This document shows, piece by piece, positions 11,601 to 24,664 of a stretch of DNA of 64,000 nt. Position 1 is the first letter of the stretch. Each line of letters begins with the position of its first letter. The notes under the pieces were generated by a model. It had not been told where the DNA came from. It worked only from the letters and a program-made list of their open reading frames with translations, and searched no databases. The stretch is taken from positions 1 through 64,000 of the forward strand of contig CM074821.1 in NCBI GenBank assembly GCA_037447605.1, given 5' to 3'. Both the position numbers and the translations under genes were made by a program. Origin of the DNA: Zygnema circumcarinatum SAG 698-1b. Its lineage: Eukaryota; Plantae; Zygnematophyceae.

Positions 11601-14600
11601 TCAGATGGGTGTTTTACCAATAGTGGTAGGCTCCAATAAACGAGTTCATAAGGCCAAGCCTGTCTTGACAAACCATTCATAAGAGAATGTCCACAATATT
11701 CGAGTACCCTTGCTGCTGGAGAGTTATGTTACAGTACCCTTTGATGAAGGGCACAGAATAATATTTCTAACGAAAACTGTAAACAGTCTCAGAACAATTT
11801 ATTCAAAATTCGAGAGATCACTGGAAGAACAACCGTGGGCAAAGGATACAAGCAACAACCATGCGATTTAAAAGAGATAAAAGTGTGCAGGTTAAGTGTC
11901 GTTGAGCGGGACACATTTTTTAATTACCTCTATGGAAAGTTCAAGTGCAAGCCGCTCCATCCCTTGAACTGCTTCGGCACCGAGGTTGGCCTTGTCACTG
12001 ATGCCGGTCCCGCCTCGACCGTCATTTTCTCCCGGGATGCTCTCCGGAAGCCCGGGCATGCACAGCATGGTGAGCATGCAGCTGGCCATCAAAGTCGCTC
12101 TCTTCCGACCGATAGCTGCTGCTTTCAGGTTCCCTAACTTTCCAGTCAGGCCTGGCCAGCTCTCCTTGATGATAGGGACAAACACCGAACAGACAGCCTC
12201 CTGCAACCAAACCCGTCAGATAAGAAATGCGCTTTCAACATATTCCGACAGAAATAATTCACATCACCGTCAACTCTCTGATTTCCGCTGTACGAGCCGG
12301 GAGTCCGATGCTCCGCAGTATTGGCAGACATTTAGAGTGCACGCCGCAATCCAAGACAGTCAAGCAGGGCACAATAGCAACAATCAACTCCACTTCTCGA
12401 TTTCTCGCGATTTTCTTTGTCTTTAAGTGGTGCTGCACATTGGGGATCCAGGAGCAGCAGGCACCTTGGCTCTCGCAAATCTGCCATAGCGTCTGAAGAA
12501 AGCACCGAGACATTTCCGTAATCTGCCCGACCAACAACAGCAACAAAACCACTTCAGGAGATCTTCAACAGAAGTACAGCTAAGCGCTGTGATGCGAGGC
12601 GCTGGAATCATTTTGAAAAACGGAAAAAAAAATTAATGTCGCAAATTGTGGTTCAAAGTTTCTGACTGCTCTTCCATTAACATCAAAAGTGATAGACCTG
12701 GAAGGGCAGTCTGACCCACCCAACGTGGTTCACAAGGGATTGACTGCAGAAGGCTTCCAAAAGCTTCCGAAGGATAAGTTGCTGTCCTAAATTTTTTTGA
12801 AGCAACTTGGCAAATCCTAAAGCGACAATCTCCTTGGCCGTCTGCTCTGGCTTCTCAAATTCCCTGTCGTCATCCTCAGCTTCATCTTGATCATTCATGT
12901 CCAGAAATTGCCCCAGCCTGGTAAGCAGTTTCTCCAACTGAACCTCGCTATTAGTTCCGTTATCCAGTGCCTCCACAGTGGTTTTCCCCGATTCCTTTGA
13001 ATTTTTTTTCGCTGGTGAAGGGACAGTCTCAGAAAGGAATGGCGACTTTTCTGAACACATTGGGAATATCCTCTCAATCCCGTGCCATATCATAATATCA
13101 AAAAGGGCTTTGATGGCCTCTGTCTGCACCAGAGGCACATCCGACAGAGACTCTTGGAGGACAGGGAGCTGTCGCTGGACTGTTGTAAGGTCCAGCAAAC
13201 AGTAGAGCCCTAGGCAGCGAACAGCGAGCTGCCGAACAGCAATGCTTCCATGTGCCGCCTGCGCAAAAAGAACATGTTTGTTGGACCACATTAGTCAACT
13301 TCATAAAGGCCGCATCGTACCAGTAAAATGGATTTTGCTGTCTCATTAGCTTTTCCGAATTTGCAAATATTACAGTCAGCACTGACAGGACCCCGAACGT
13401 TCAGCCAGTACGAACCTGCCATAAAAAAAACTGCGAGGATCTATTACTGGTAACAGCAGCTAGCTAGCTTCAGGCATATTTATGTCAGAGGATTTTCTGT
13501 CACTTTCACAGGATGACATTCACAGCTAACATAGTGAAATCTGCTTCCACTTCAAATGCGGCGCCATACTTCCCGTACGGCGAAGTGAACCCCGAGGTAC
13601 TCGCAGCCAAAAGCCTACTGATTCACGAGTCGCGCCTTATTCCGATTTTGCCATCGATCCAATGCCATGTGCGGGTCAGCCACTCACTCACCGCGCGCAG
13701 GACGAGCCAATGCAGCATCTCCCGCGGCTCGACGGCCCGCCCCGTGAGGGTCCCCACGGCGGGCGCGCGCCGCAGCAGCAGCGCCACCGCCGCGAGGCAC
13801 CGCAGCCACGCCGCGGGGGAGGGCCGCTCGGCCCGGCAGGGCAGGGCCAACTCCGCCACGACTTCCGTCAGGGCTTCCACATACTGCGCCGGACTGGCGT
13901 GTACTTTCACTGCCATTTGGGCCACCACCTCTCTCCATTTCTCATCAGCAGAAATGTCAGGATAACCTTGTAACTCCAAATTGCTCGTGGTATCGTCATA
14001 TTGCTTAGTCGCCTCTCCGCACAGAAGGTCGTGAAGGAGGGAGGCTGCAGCTTTGCGGTTGGTTGCATCAGCGAAGTCGAGCAGTGTAGCAAGTTGAAAG
14101 AGCTGGCGTCCAGAGAAGAGGTACTCCGAACCTGTACGCGCAACTGTGGGAGTCCACTCATCAGATGAATCTGCAGCAGCTGTCATGCAATGAAAGGAGC
14201 AGTGGAACCGCCTACACAAGCTGTACCTTATTGATTCACCTCGTGTCTTCTCCACATTAGAAGGATACAAGTGAGCGACACCACCTACAGCAGCTGTCAT
14301 TTGAGGTTGCCTGCATTGTGTGGCTCCTCTGCATTGTCCATTGATTGCAAGCCTGCCTAAACAAGTTTACGCGCAAAGTGAAACGTAGTTTTTGCGGCCG
14401 ATTTGATCTTCTTGAATTGGATTTTCTTACTATTTTGAGGCTTTAGGCCAGTGATTCGAAGCAGTCCAGCCCCAGTTTAAGATTCTCGTTTCTCGCGGCC
14501 TTTTCTGCCAGATATTGGTGCGTCCAAATATCACCTGAAGACATATGAATTTCCTTGGAACATCTTATGCCAATGAGTGCCTGCCATCAAACATAACTCA

Positions 14601-17327
14601 CCGGCTTGGAGGTATTTTCTGGCGAGCTTCACAAATTCAGCAACTGAATGCGGAAGCATCTTCTCGAGGAGTTCATGATGTTTAATAGCTGCTTCTGCAA
14701 TCATGACGGCTTCAGCTCCTGTTGCTGTAGCTGCTTTCGTCCTCATTTCCTGCAGTTGAAAGTTGTCGACATTTATTAAAAAACATATTTTCAAGAAACG
14801 TCAATGAGCTCTATGATTCTTTAAATATTCTTTTTAGCGCAGCTTTACAAGCTTGTTCATAATACTATTCAATGCAAAAACTGTCTCTGAATTTCTGCGG
14901 AAAAACAGAACGCTCGTCAAGGATTCCACATCGATGAACTTCATGCAGTAGATTGGATTTGGTGCACTGACCTCCGCCTCAGCCTCCACTTCAGTGCACA
15001 GCACCCGCCATAACAATGACTGTTCCGCATCCATAAAGGTGGCAGGTTCACTTCGCTCAGAGTTCTCCATCCCCTCGCCGGACTCGTCTGGGCACACAGT
15101 AATCACGAAGTTAGAGATGATGGTTCGCCTGCCTTGACCAGATTTGGCTTCCCCTGTACAACCGCATTCTTAACTCCCATGTCCGCTCCTACTCCATGGC
15201 GCCCTGACGATCAGAGATTTTTATCATGAACGATTTCTTACCGTTAAATGCACACCTGAAACCCAGCTCGCCAGGTTCCAGAAGTTTCCTTCTCCTCAGA
15301 TTCATGATTACCAGCTCTCCAGCGGTTTCATGTGTTTCAACGTCCAGGTACTTAAGCAAGGTCAAGACGTTTCCTTGAGAATCTCGACTTAACCAACAGT
15401 TAGCCAACAGGTCTGAGCATGCTTTCCCAACGGAAGGCTCGAGTTCTGTCAAGCCCCTCTGCAGCAGGTCGGCTCGTTGATATATGCTGCATACAGAAAC
15501 TGAACAAAGAATGATGTTTTGCACATGCAGTCGCTGGAAATGTCAGCTCTCTCTTGTGCCAACTAAAGTCGAGTCTCTGCTTGAATTCATTAGTTACAGT
15601 AATCTGTCACGAACTCAAGGACAAGGTTTGCACATTCATTGCATCTTGCAATCGAACAAAATTCGCATGAACTGGCAATGATGTTTTCTGAGTAACGCTG
15701 TTCAGCGCCCCCTGCATGGGGTCAAAACAGACAATGCTTTTCCCAACAACTACCCTGAAGGACTGTGATCAATTCAATAGGTGCTTTAGAAACGCTCTTA
15801 TTGTCATGTCACTGAGCTTTCAAGCATTGATTTGAGGTAAAACCAAAACAAGGAGCCAATACGAACGGCACAACAATCACTGGATGGACAAGGATGCTCT
15901 GCCTGCTCTTCCACTTCATGCAACCTCTTGGGATGTCAATTTGTTCCAAGCGTACGTACCTGAAACTGGTAATCGGAATGCATTGCAACTGGGTATATGC
16001 TACTTCCCGCACTGACTTCTCCACATCTGAAGTACGCCTTATGATATCCTTTATTGTTGATGACATTGGTGGCATGGACTTGAGGATAGCAGATCGCACA
16101 TCCTGGCAAAACATGAAGCATGAGCCAGTAGCGTTCCCACTTTAGCCGACCAGAATGTTTCGCAAACAGGCTAAAGCGAACAAAAATACGCGACAGCTTA
16201 ATGTAAGCCATCGATGGGGTGTAAAACGCTCTCCAGAAGCAGCATATTCCCATCCAGCAGAATGGACATTGCAAAAAATTACTGCAAGCCTACAGATGGC
16301 GTTGTTCAAGCACTGAAACTCTTTAGGGTCATTTGATGGCATCGCGATCGTGAGATCAATGCCACAAAAAAATTCCTTTAGGGTCAAGGTTGCACTTGAA
16401 AAAGTTTTTAGAAGCTCGTTGACGCTGTCATTCTCCTGAAAAGCGGATAGACAAGCAAAGGTACTTTTGCACCTTGTCATTTTCTATGGCAAGAGCCTGT
16501 CGATACAGCTGTACTGTCGAATCTTCACCAGGTTCTTCGTCTGCACATGAGACAAGTCTTGCCAAAGCGATGGCTGCCATTTTCCGAACTTCTGGCACCT
16601 TGTCCTCCATTCGAGATTGCATGCATGATAGAATATCCTCAAAAGTGTCAGCGCAAAGGTCTTGGTCTGAGGGGAACTTGATCAAAATCTGTGATGAAAG
16701 GGGAAAGCATTGGTAAAAGAGTGAGGCAAGATTATCCCACTAAAAAGGATTTCTGGGATTAGACAAGAGAACGCTGCTGTTATCGTGATATGATGCAGCT
16801 TACAGCGTTATCGTTTAAACTGCAGTTTAATTCACTTCTAGAGTGTTTTCGCGCAAGTTAACGTCCTTAAGTTTGACTAAGGATAATACTTTATTTGCAA
16901 GGCAGCTAAGATTGCTGTGTTTATTGTAAGGAGAAGCGGCAGCCAGTACTATGTGGTTTTGCTTTCTTACCTCTGCAATCAGCTGCGTTGAATAAGTCCG
17001 TACTAAGTTTTCTTGCGACGAAGCGCAAAGTATGAGAAACCTAAAAAGCTCCGCCACGAAGTCCAGCCACGAGTTCTCTTTTCCCTCCTCCAGCCAAAGT
17101 GCAAAACGGACGACAAACTTCAGAACTTTTTGTACAGGAGCTCCTCGTTTATTCGCGACGAGAGCGTGCGATAAGCATCGCTGGAACTCTGGAAAAAATT
17201 CAACCTGAAAATCCTCACGACAGTTGGCGAGCAAGCGAGCGTGACGTCTATGCACAGTGACACTGCGCTGGCATTCGTCGAACGCCCTCGAAACTGCCGT
17301 TTTCGGAGGCTCCCGCTTGCAAGCCAT
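8634..17327 (-). CDS. NCAPG: Condensin I complex subunit CAP-G (HEAT-repeat), multi-exon, with long low-complexity C-terminal tail
   Basis: Exons include 16971-17327, 16473-16688, 15960-16102, 15242-15486, 14972-15153, 14602-14749, 13692-14131, ~12717-13258, 12465-12522, 11928-12200, 11437-11570 and 10952-11079. Motifs: FDECQRSVTVHRRHA, RMEDKVPEVRKMAAIALARL, RRTSDVEKSVREVAY, RDSQGNVLTLLKYLDVE, AVRCLGLYCLLD, LRKCLGAFF. The 3' exons between ~10650 and the terminal ORF (stop at 8634) are less certain. Confidence 0.85.
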
Positions 17328-18060
<733 letters not shown>

Positions 18061-21000
18061 ATGGCCACGGGCCTCTCCCTCGTGTGCGAGCAATGCGGCG
18101 CGCAGCTGCGCAGCGCCAAGGAGGCTCAGACGCATGCAGACGTCAGCGGACACACCAATTTTTCCGAGTCTACAGAACCTGTAAGTGCGCACTCCGGCTT
18201 CTTGCAACCGGCATTTCATTATTGTTCACAACGCACTGTTGAAGGCGCTGTTGGATTTTTGGTCCATGCGATTATATTGATGTTTTCGATGTATCACCTC
18301 ACTTATTTTTTGCACGTCACTGTTCTGACTTCTCTTCTCAGGTGCTCAACTTGGTCTGTACCACGTGTGCGAAGCCGTGCCGCAGCAAAACGGTAGGCAC
18401 TGCTACGTGACCGCTACCAGAATGCAGGCCGCCGTAACAAACGCCGGTTGTGCAGCTTGTGGATGAATTACGGAACAACAAATGAGTCAGGGTTTGGTTT
18501 GGCTAGTAATGTGCGAGGAGATGTGGCGTGGAGTGTGAAACTACAGCATTCCTGGTGTGGTTTGATTTCTTGAAAGCGAACTGATTGGTAGAGCAGCTTT
18601 TTCTCTTGAAAGACAAAAAAAGATGGAATGTCAGCAATTAGAACGCCTCTGTATCGTAGCTGATTAGAAGCAGGAACAGGATTCTATGGTTCAGCAAGCA
18701 CGCCATGCCCAGGAGCATGAAGCATCAACTGAGAACCTAATTTGAAGTCTAAAGCATGATGTTTGCGTGTTTGGTGGCGCACTGTTGATCTTAGCCTAAA
18801 ATCTGAACATGCTTGCCCTGAAATTTAGGCATTGCAGCTGTTCTTCGTTCGAATGGGAAAGTCACGGGATTGTGGCTGATTGGTGCCTATGAATGGGCTG
18901 GACGATGCAGGAAACTGATCTCCATACCAAGAGGACCGGTCATGCTGAATTCACAGACAAGACTGAAGAGGCTGCCGAGCCGATTCAGTTTGTTCAGGAG
19001 AGAACAGTCGGAGGTGGTACCGCAGAGCAACCCGCAGCTGTCGTTGAATCACAAAATGGTAAGCTTTGCAACAGCATCCTCAACTGCTCTGTTTTCTTAA
19101 AGAAGTCAAGGAGGCTCCCGGAATGTGGCAAATCATGCTCTAGTTCGCAGCAAGCCTCATTTTATTCATTGCAATCCAGTGTGCGAAAAGCAAAAGGTTA
19201 AAGCAGGAGCTGGACGAACGTAATATTGAACGCCTGTTTTTTGCTTCATGGATTGGCGCGCTAACATAGCCTCTTGAAGGCAGAGTGCCAATCTCCGCTT
19301 AGCACTTCCTGTATTCTGGATGATAAGCTAGGGGTTTAAGGCCGATCTACATGAATGTGAAATAACGTCCATTTGTCACTGCTGTCTTCGCCATTCTGGT
19401 TCTTTTGTCCTCGTTTGCGTTCTTCATCGGTCTCTTTCTCCCTCGGCTGTTGCTCTTTATCTCCTCCTGTCTTCTTCCTCTATTTACTGTTTGTGGTTCA
19501 TAGAATCACTTGAGGAACTCTGACTGCAGTTTTATGTCTTTCCCTCTCAGTTCGCCCGCTTAATCATTTGCACAGCGTGACATTATCTATTAGTTCCATT
19601 CTTTTTGGCTGGGTTTTGAAGCTTGACGTTCTTGATTGCGAAGTGTTTTGGCAGAAATGGTAGTGCCTAGTGTCAGCAAAGAAGTACAGTCAGAACTTGA
19701 GGCCATGGGGTTCTCGACAGCGCGGGCGATTAGGGCGCTCCATTTTTCAGGTGTGTAGTAGGTCTGGTCGTCTACTTTGACCTTGCCATTGGAAAAGTGT
19801 CATATTGTTGATTGTTGTCCCTGCTTGCCAGTTACAAAACAGGATTGCTACAGGTGCCATTGTTCAGCTGGCTTGCATGCCTTCTAAGAAAAATGGGTAT
19901 TGAGCCTGGAAACTGTTTGAGCTACAGGAGGCAGTTCCGTGGAGGCCGCTGTGAATTGGATAGTAGAGCACGAAGATGATCCTGATATAGACGAGATGCC
20001 TATGGTAAAGTGTCAAATCAATCACTGAGCTTTTGCCTGCGCATTCAAAAATGTGGACGCGGAAAACATGTTTTTAGTCTGATCCCGTGCGGTTTCGTTT
20101 GTAACCATCCCTTGCAGGGCTTGCATTAGGCTGTGCTGCATGGCCTTGTCTTTCCCGATTTCCTAAGCTGTGTGCAGGTAAAGTGTGAACATCAAAGCCT
20201 ATAACTATCTTTCTTGACGACGGCCATGGCAATTCCTTGTCAGGTTCCGGCCGCGACTGAAGAGAAACAACCGCTTAGTGCAGAGGAGGCACGTGCTCGG
20301 GCCCAGGAGCTGAGGTCTGTTGTTCTATGTGAGCATTACAAGTGGCAAACAGGCATTTCTGTTTGGTGAACACTCAATAGTACCAAATTTTGTATAGCAT
20401 TACGAAACTTCCGGTCGTTTAGGCTTCTGGGGTAGGGCTGCAGAGAACGAGCACGGAAGAAAAAGGAAGAGGAGGAGAGGCGCATGGAAAGGGAGCGCGA
20501 GAAAGTGAGTTTTGCTGCTATTGTTGCTGGCGGGCGTGGTTACATGGTGGTGAAGTGACTTTGACAATATAGTTATAAGCGTGTCTAGCACTATATCTAG
20601 ATGTTTGATATCTCTGGAGGTTGATGAAGCTTCAGTTTGCTTTAAGTTGATTGGATACGTATCTGCCAACAGATCATCGCTGTACCATAAATGCATCGTC
20701 GTTTGTCAACAAATCCTGGTGACTTGCAGTAATTTTTGGAGACCGGCAGCTAATTGCACACTCTCCTATGGTTGCCAGGAACGCATTCGGGTGGGCAGGG
20801 AAATCCTTGAAGCGAAGAGGATTGAGGAGGACCAGGAGCGCAAAAGGTGCCCTACACTTACATCCTAGTTCTTTCTCTGTAGCACACATGGACTTGTTTT
20901 CAACAAACGCGCTTGCCGACCACCAGATTGCAAGATTGGTAGGACACTTAGAGGATGTGATGGGTTTCCGGCTCTGGTGTCACTTTCGTACTTTTGTTTA

Positions 21001-23034
21001 CTTCTTGAAATCAATCAACTAGCCTCCGTATGGCTTCACTTCTGCACTGTACGGCACTGCATGTACTGCCTCACTTGTGCAGTCCAGTCTGATTCATTTC
21101 CTTGACTGCTGTTAATTAGACTTTGACAAGGCAATTGTTTTTTGTTGGAATAGTGCCTTTCTGTACAGATTTTTTTTTTTTTAAACGAAGATAATTATCT
21201 TCGTTTGCCTTGATGGTGGTGGAGGGAAAGCTTCTCAACTTCATTGAAGTTGCAGCCGCTGCTGACAGTAGATTCAAGGTTGCTTTGTCAGAATTATCGC
21301 ACTGCGGAAGGCAGAGAAGGATGAGGAAAAACGCGCCCGCGAAAAAATTCTGGCACGATTGCAGGAGGATAAGGTGCCTATGGTTAACCCTTGATGCACC
21401 ATGGCGGTTGAAGTCTCCCTGGTCCGCCGATCGTTTATAATGACTGCGTTAGGAGAAAGTCAAGCAAATGCTGGAGAGGCTCAAGTGAGAAGGGTACCAT
21501 CCAGGTGGGACCTGCCTCCTTTGTGGACCAAGACCCAGTGATGTATTCAGTTGTACGTCTTACAAGTAAAGCCGCTATCCGAATGGGCCCAGGAAGAAAG
21601 GCGGAGAAAGCTAGGTTTACCGCCTGAGGAGCCAGTTGAGGAGGCCACAAGCACATCCTCAGAAACTGAGAAGAAAAAGGTGAATTTCTGTGACGCTCTC
21701 TTGAGGCTCGCTGGTACGGCATTTGCTACTGCAGCAGGAGCGTGAGACTGGTTTGCTGGTATCATGAGAGGTGGATCCATCATCCCTTACCAGCTACAGT
21801 TGGTTTTGCAAATCTGCAAGTAAGTTAAAGTATGTTTGCAGCATATCGTAGTGACGACGACAGGATCTCATTCCTTGGTGCTCTTGTAAGGCTGGGTCCA
21901 GGAAATAATAGTAGATGCTCAGGTGCAAAGAATTGTACGAACATCTCCTGTCTCAAAAGCTGTCCGCAGGCTGTTGATGTCGGCTCTCAGAAATCTGTTC
22001 ACTTCTATTTTTGACCTTTCACAGACCACAGTTCTGCCCGTCAGGCCTATCAGCAAGGCTGAGCAGATGCGCGAATGTCTCCGTGGACTCAAGCAGGCTC
22101 ATCAGGTGAATGTCCGCTATGAGTATTCTGCATGACTGTTATGTTGTATCTCTTACCTTCAGAAAGTTAACAACCTGCACCTTGGCTTGGATTGGAAGTC
22201 ATATTTCTAGCGGGTTAGAGTGAGGGCTTGGATAAGAGTTTCCTTTATTTGAATGTTCAAAGGCGTGCTGGTTGCCGAAAGGCATGCGCTTCGTGAGGAC
22301 TTTCAAAGGGAAAGGAAATAAGGGCGAAGGTTGGTGTCTGTTGGTGAAACAGGGAGAAGATGTGCGGGTGAAAAAGGCGTTTCAGACACTTTTTACATTC
22401 GTTTGTAATGTTGTCCAAAAGCCTGACGAAGAGAAGTTCCGACGAATACGGCTAAATAATCCTGCATTTCAGGTGGGCTGGCCACTCAGAATCACAGAAC
22501 CAGAAGGGTGTGTGTAGGCCGTGTTGTGAGGGAGACTGCATCTGTATTCAAGAGGAAATGGAGTCTTGATTGAGCCGGTTGCTTTGACAACGATCATACG
22601 TCAACTATTTGCTTGATAATGGTCTGGCACGAGGAGGGGGGAAGTCGGTACAGTGACGATAATCACTCTCGATAAGCAAGTAATTGGTCCACAGTCAAGT
22701 CGGGTTCAACCAGAGTTGAACGTGATCAATGTTCAAGAGACCTCACGTGAAGTCAAGGAGCTTCCTTTAAGAGCGCTCTGCCTTTGAAATGCCGGTTCAA
22801 GTTTGGGATTTTTGTTACAAGCCCATTGTGATTGGGTTACGCTCAACGGTGATGCAGGAACGTGTGGGAAGTCTGAAGAATGGAGTCGAGTTTCTGCAGC
22901 TTTGCGGCTTTGAGAAGGACGACTCCGGTGAATATCTTTTTGTACCGCGGGATAAAGTAGACCCTGTGCTTCTAAATGCGGCCGGAGCTGAGCTGAATTC
23001 AGCAATTGTTAATCCCTTTTTCGGTATACTGTAG
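18061..23034 (+). CDS. C2H2-ZnF x2 - UBA - coiled-coil - PUB domain protein (p97/CDC48 cofactor-like; plant UBA/TS-N family), 13 exons
   Basis: Exons: 18061-18180, 18342-18392, 18911-19058, 19655-19750, 19928-20004, 20244-20314, 20444-20504, 20779-20846, 21292-21373, 21593-21679, 22025-22105, 22353-22472, 22858-23034. Motifs: CEQCG..HADVSGH; [15 protein letters not shown]; [30 protein letters not shown] (UBA); [31 protein letters not shown] (PUB); C-terminal NPFFGIL. Confidence 0.9.
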
Positions 23035-24664
23035 TGACGCGGCATGCTAGCATGCAGTCTATGTGTACCATCAGTTTGGCCGTGCGATCAGCGTCGAGCA
23101 CGGTATGGGGAGTGTCGATCGTCGGCAATGTCATATGAAGACGCTGAATGATGAGACAGAGGGTTGGGCTCCTGTATTTTCTGCCCTGTCGTTTTGTGGG
23201 GACATTCAGCGGGCAGCAGAGGCAGGAGCTGTCTGTAGGCAAACACAGGCTGCTGGATGCGCTCTGTTGCGGTGAGCATACGAGTGGAGAGGTTGAGGCT
23301 GGTGGCACTGAAGGTTGTGGCTGCAGTCTTCGCACTTCAAATGCAGCGTGTCAAGTGCGTGACCCCGCCCTGTCTCCATCAGTCAGACGGCGCAAATGAC
23401 GTGGTGCCTGTGTGTTGCAAGTGTGTCACGTCAGGGGCCTCGTGAACGGCAACTCTTAAGGGGTGCGATGTTTGCGTGCGATATTTGTTCGAGCCTGGGG
23501 TTGCATCGTACCCGCAATGCACAGCCCGTTTGACCTCACGTGTGAATGCGCCACGAGCAAAGAAAAAGTTTCGAAAGGTACACGACTGAACGAAATCAGT
23601 GAACGCATATTAGACGTATTCGGACACCATCAAGGGAGTGCCTTATATGACGCAACTGCATGGCAGTTTCCATACTGTAAACCTGCTCGTCAACTGTGCG
23701 AGTTGCCTTACAAGTACACGAAGCCTGCCCAATTGTTGCCCAATTGTTTCTCCCTCGCAGATGCCGCGCCCCGTGAATCGTAGGTCTGTTTATTCGATTC
23801 GAGGTCGATTGGACCTTGTGCACATTGATTTGAATTGTTTAATGGATGGGCATTGATCATTGCTTTTGTCCATGTACATTTGATGGCCTCGCCATCGTGA
23901 GTTCAATGCCATTTTCCCAATGCATAGATCTCATTATGTCGCTGCCATCAAATGTACATGGACACAAAATGTCCTAGTTCCGGTCACATTTTCTAACAAG
24001 GTACAAACGGTGTTTGCCGACACCTCCACAACCGCCAACCGGCAGGCAATCTTCGTCAAGCACTGCGGATCTCACTCGACATGGCCGCAAAAAGATTCTT
24101 GCCCTGGGTACGGTAGAAATACACTACATGTTAACCTAAAGAGGAGGAAGTGGGGAGAAAGCGAGACAAGTATGGTGCTTGGAAGAGCGGCGCAGCAGCC
24201 GAGTTGCCGTCTCAGGTGTGCTTGGGACCCGCCAGAGACGCAATCAGATGAACCAATAGGACGACGCCAGGATACTAATACACATTCATCAACGTCAACA
24301 GTGGTCGAAAGTAACTCAGATCAGCAGCTCGTCTAGAGGAACAGGGAACAAGTGCCTCTGCTGAGGAAAAAATCGAGGAAGAATATTACACAACTGAACA
24401 AAGTCAGTGAAAGCACGAGAAGGACTTAGACACCATTCAAGATCGCCTCATATGACTTGGTTGCCACGGCAGCTTCCATAATGCCAACCCGCCCGAGCTG
24501 CCCTGCAAGGACACGAAGTCGCTCCAAAAGCCATCGCTCGCAGGTGCTCCTGTGACGATGCCGCCGCTCCATGGAATCCGACACGATGCATGCGACTGAC
24601 CCACTTGGCAAATGCAAACCCGCTGCCGGGTTTCTGTACAAATTCCAAAAACAAAGAATGTCGG

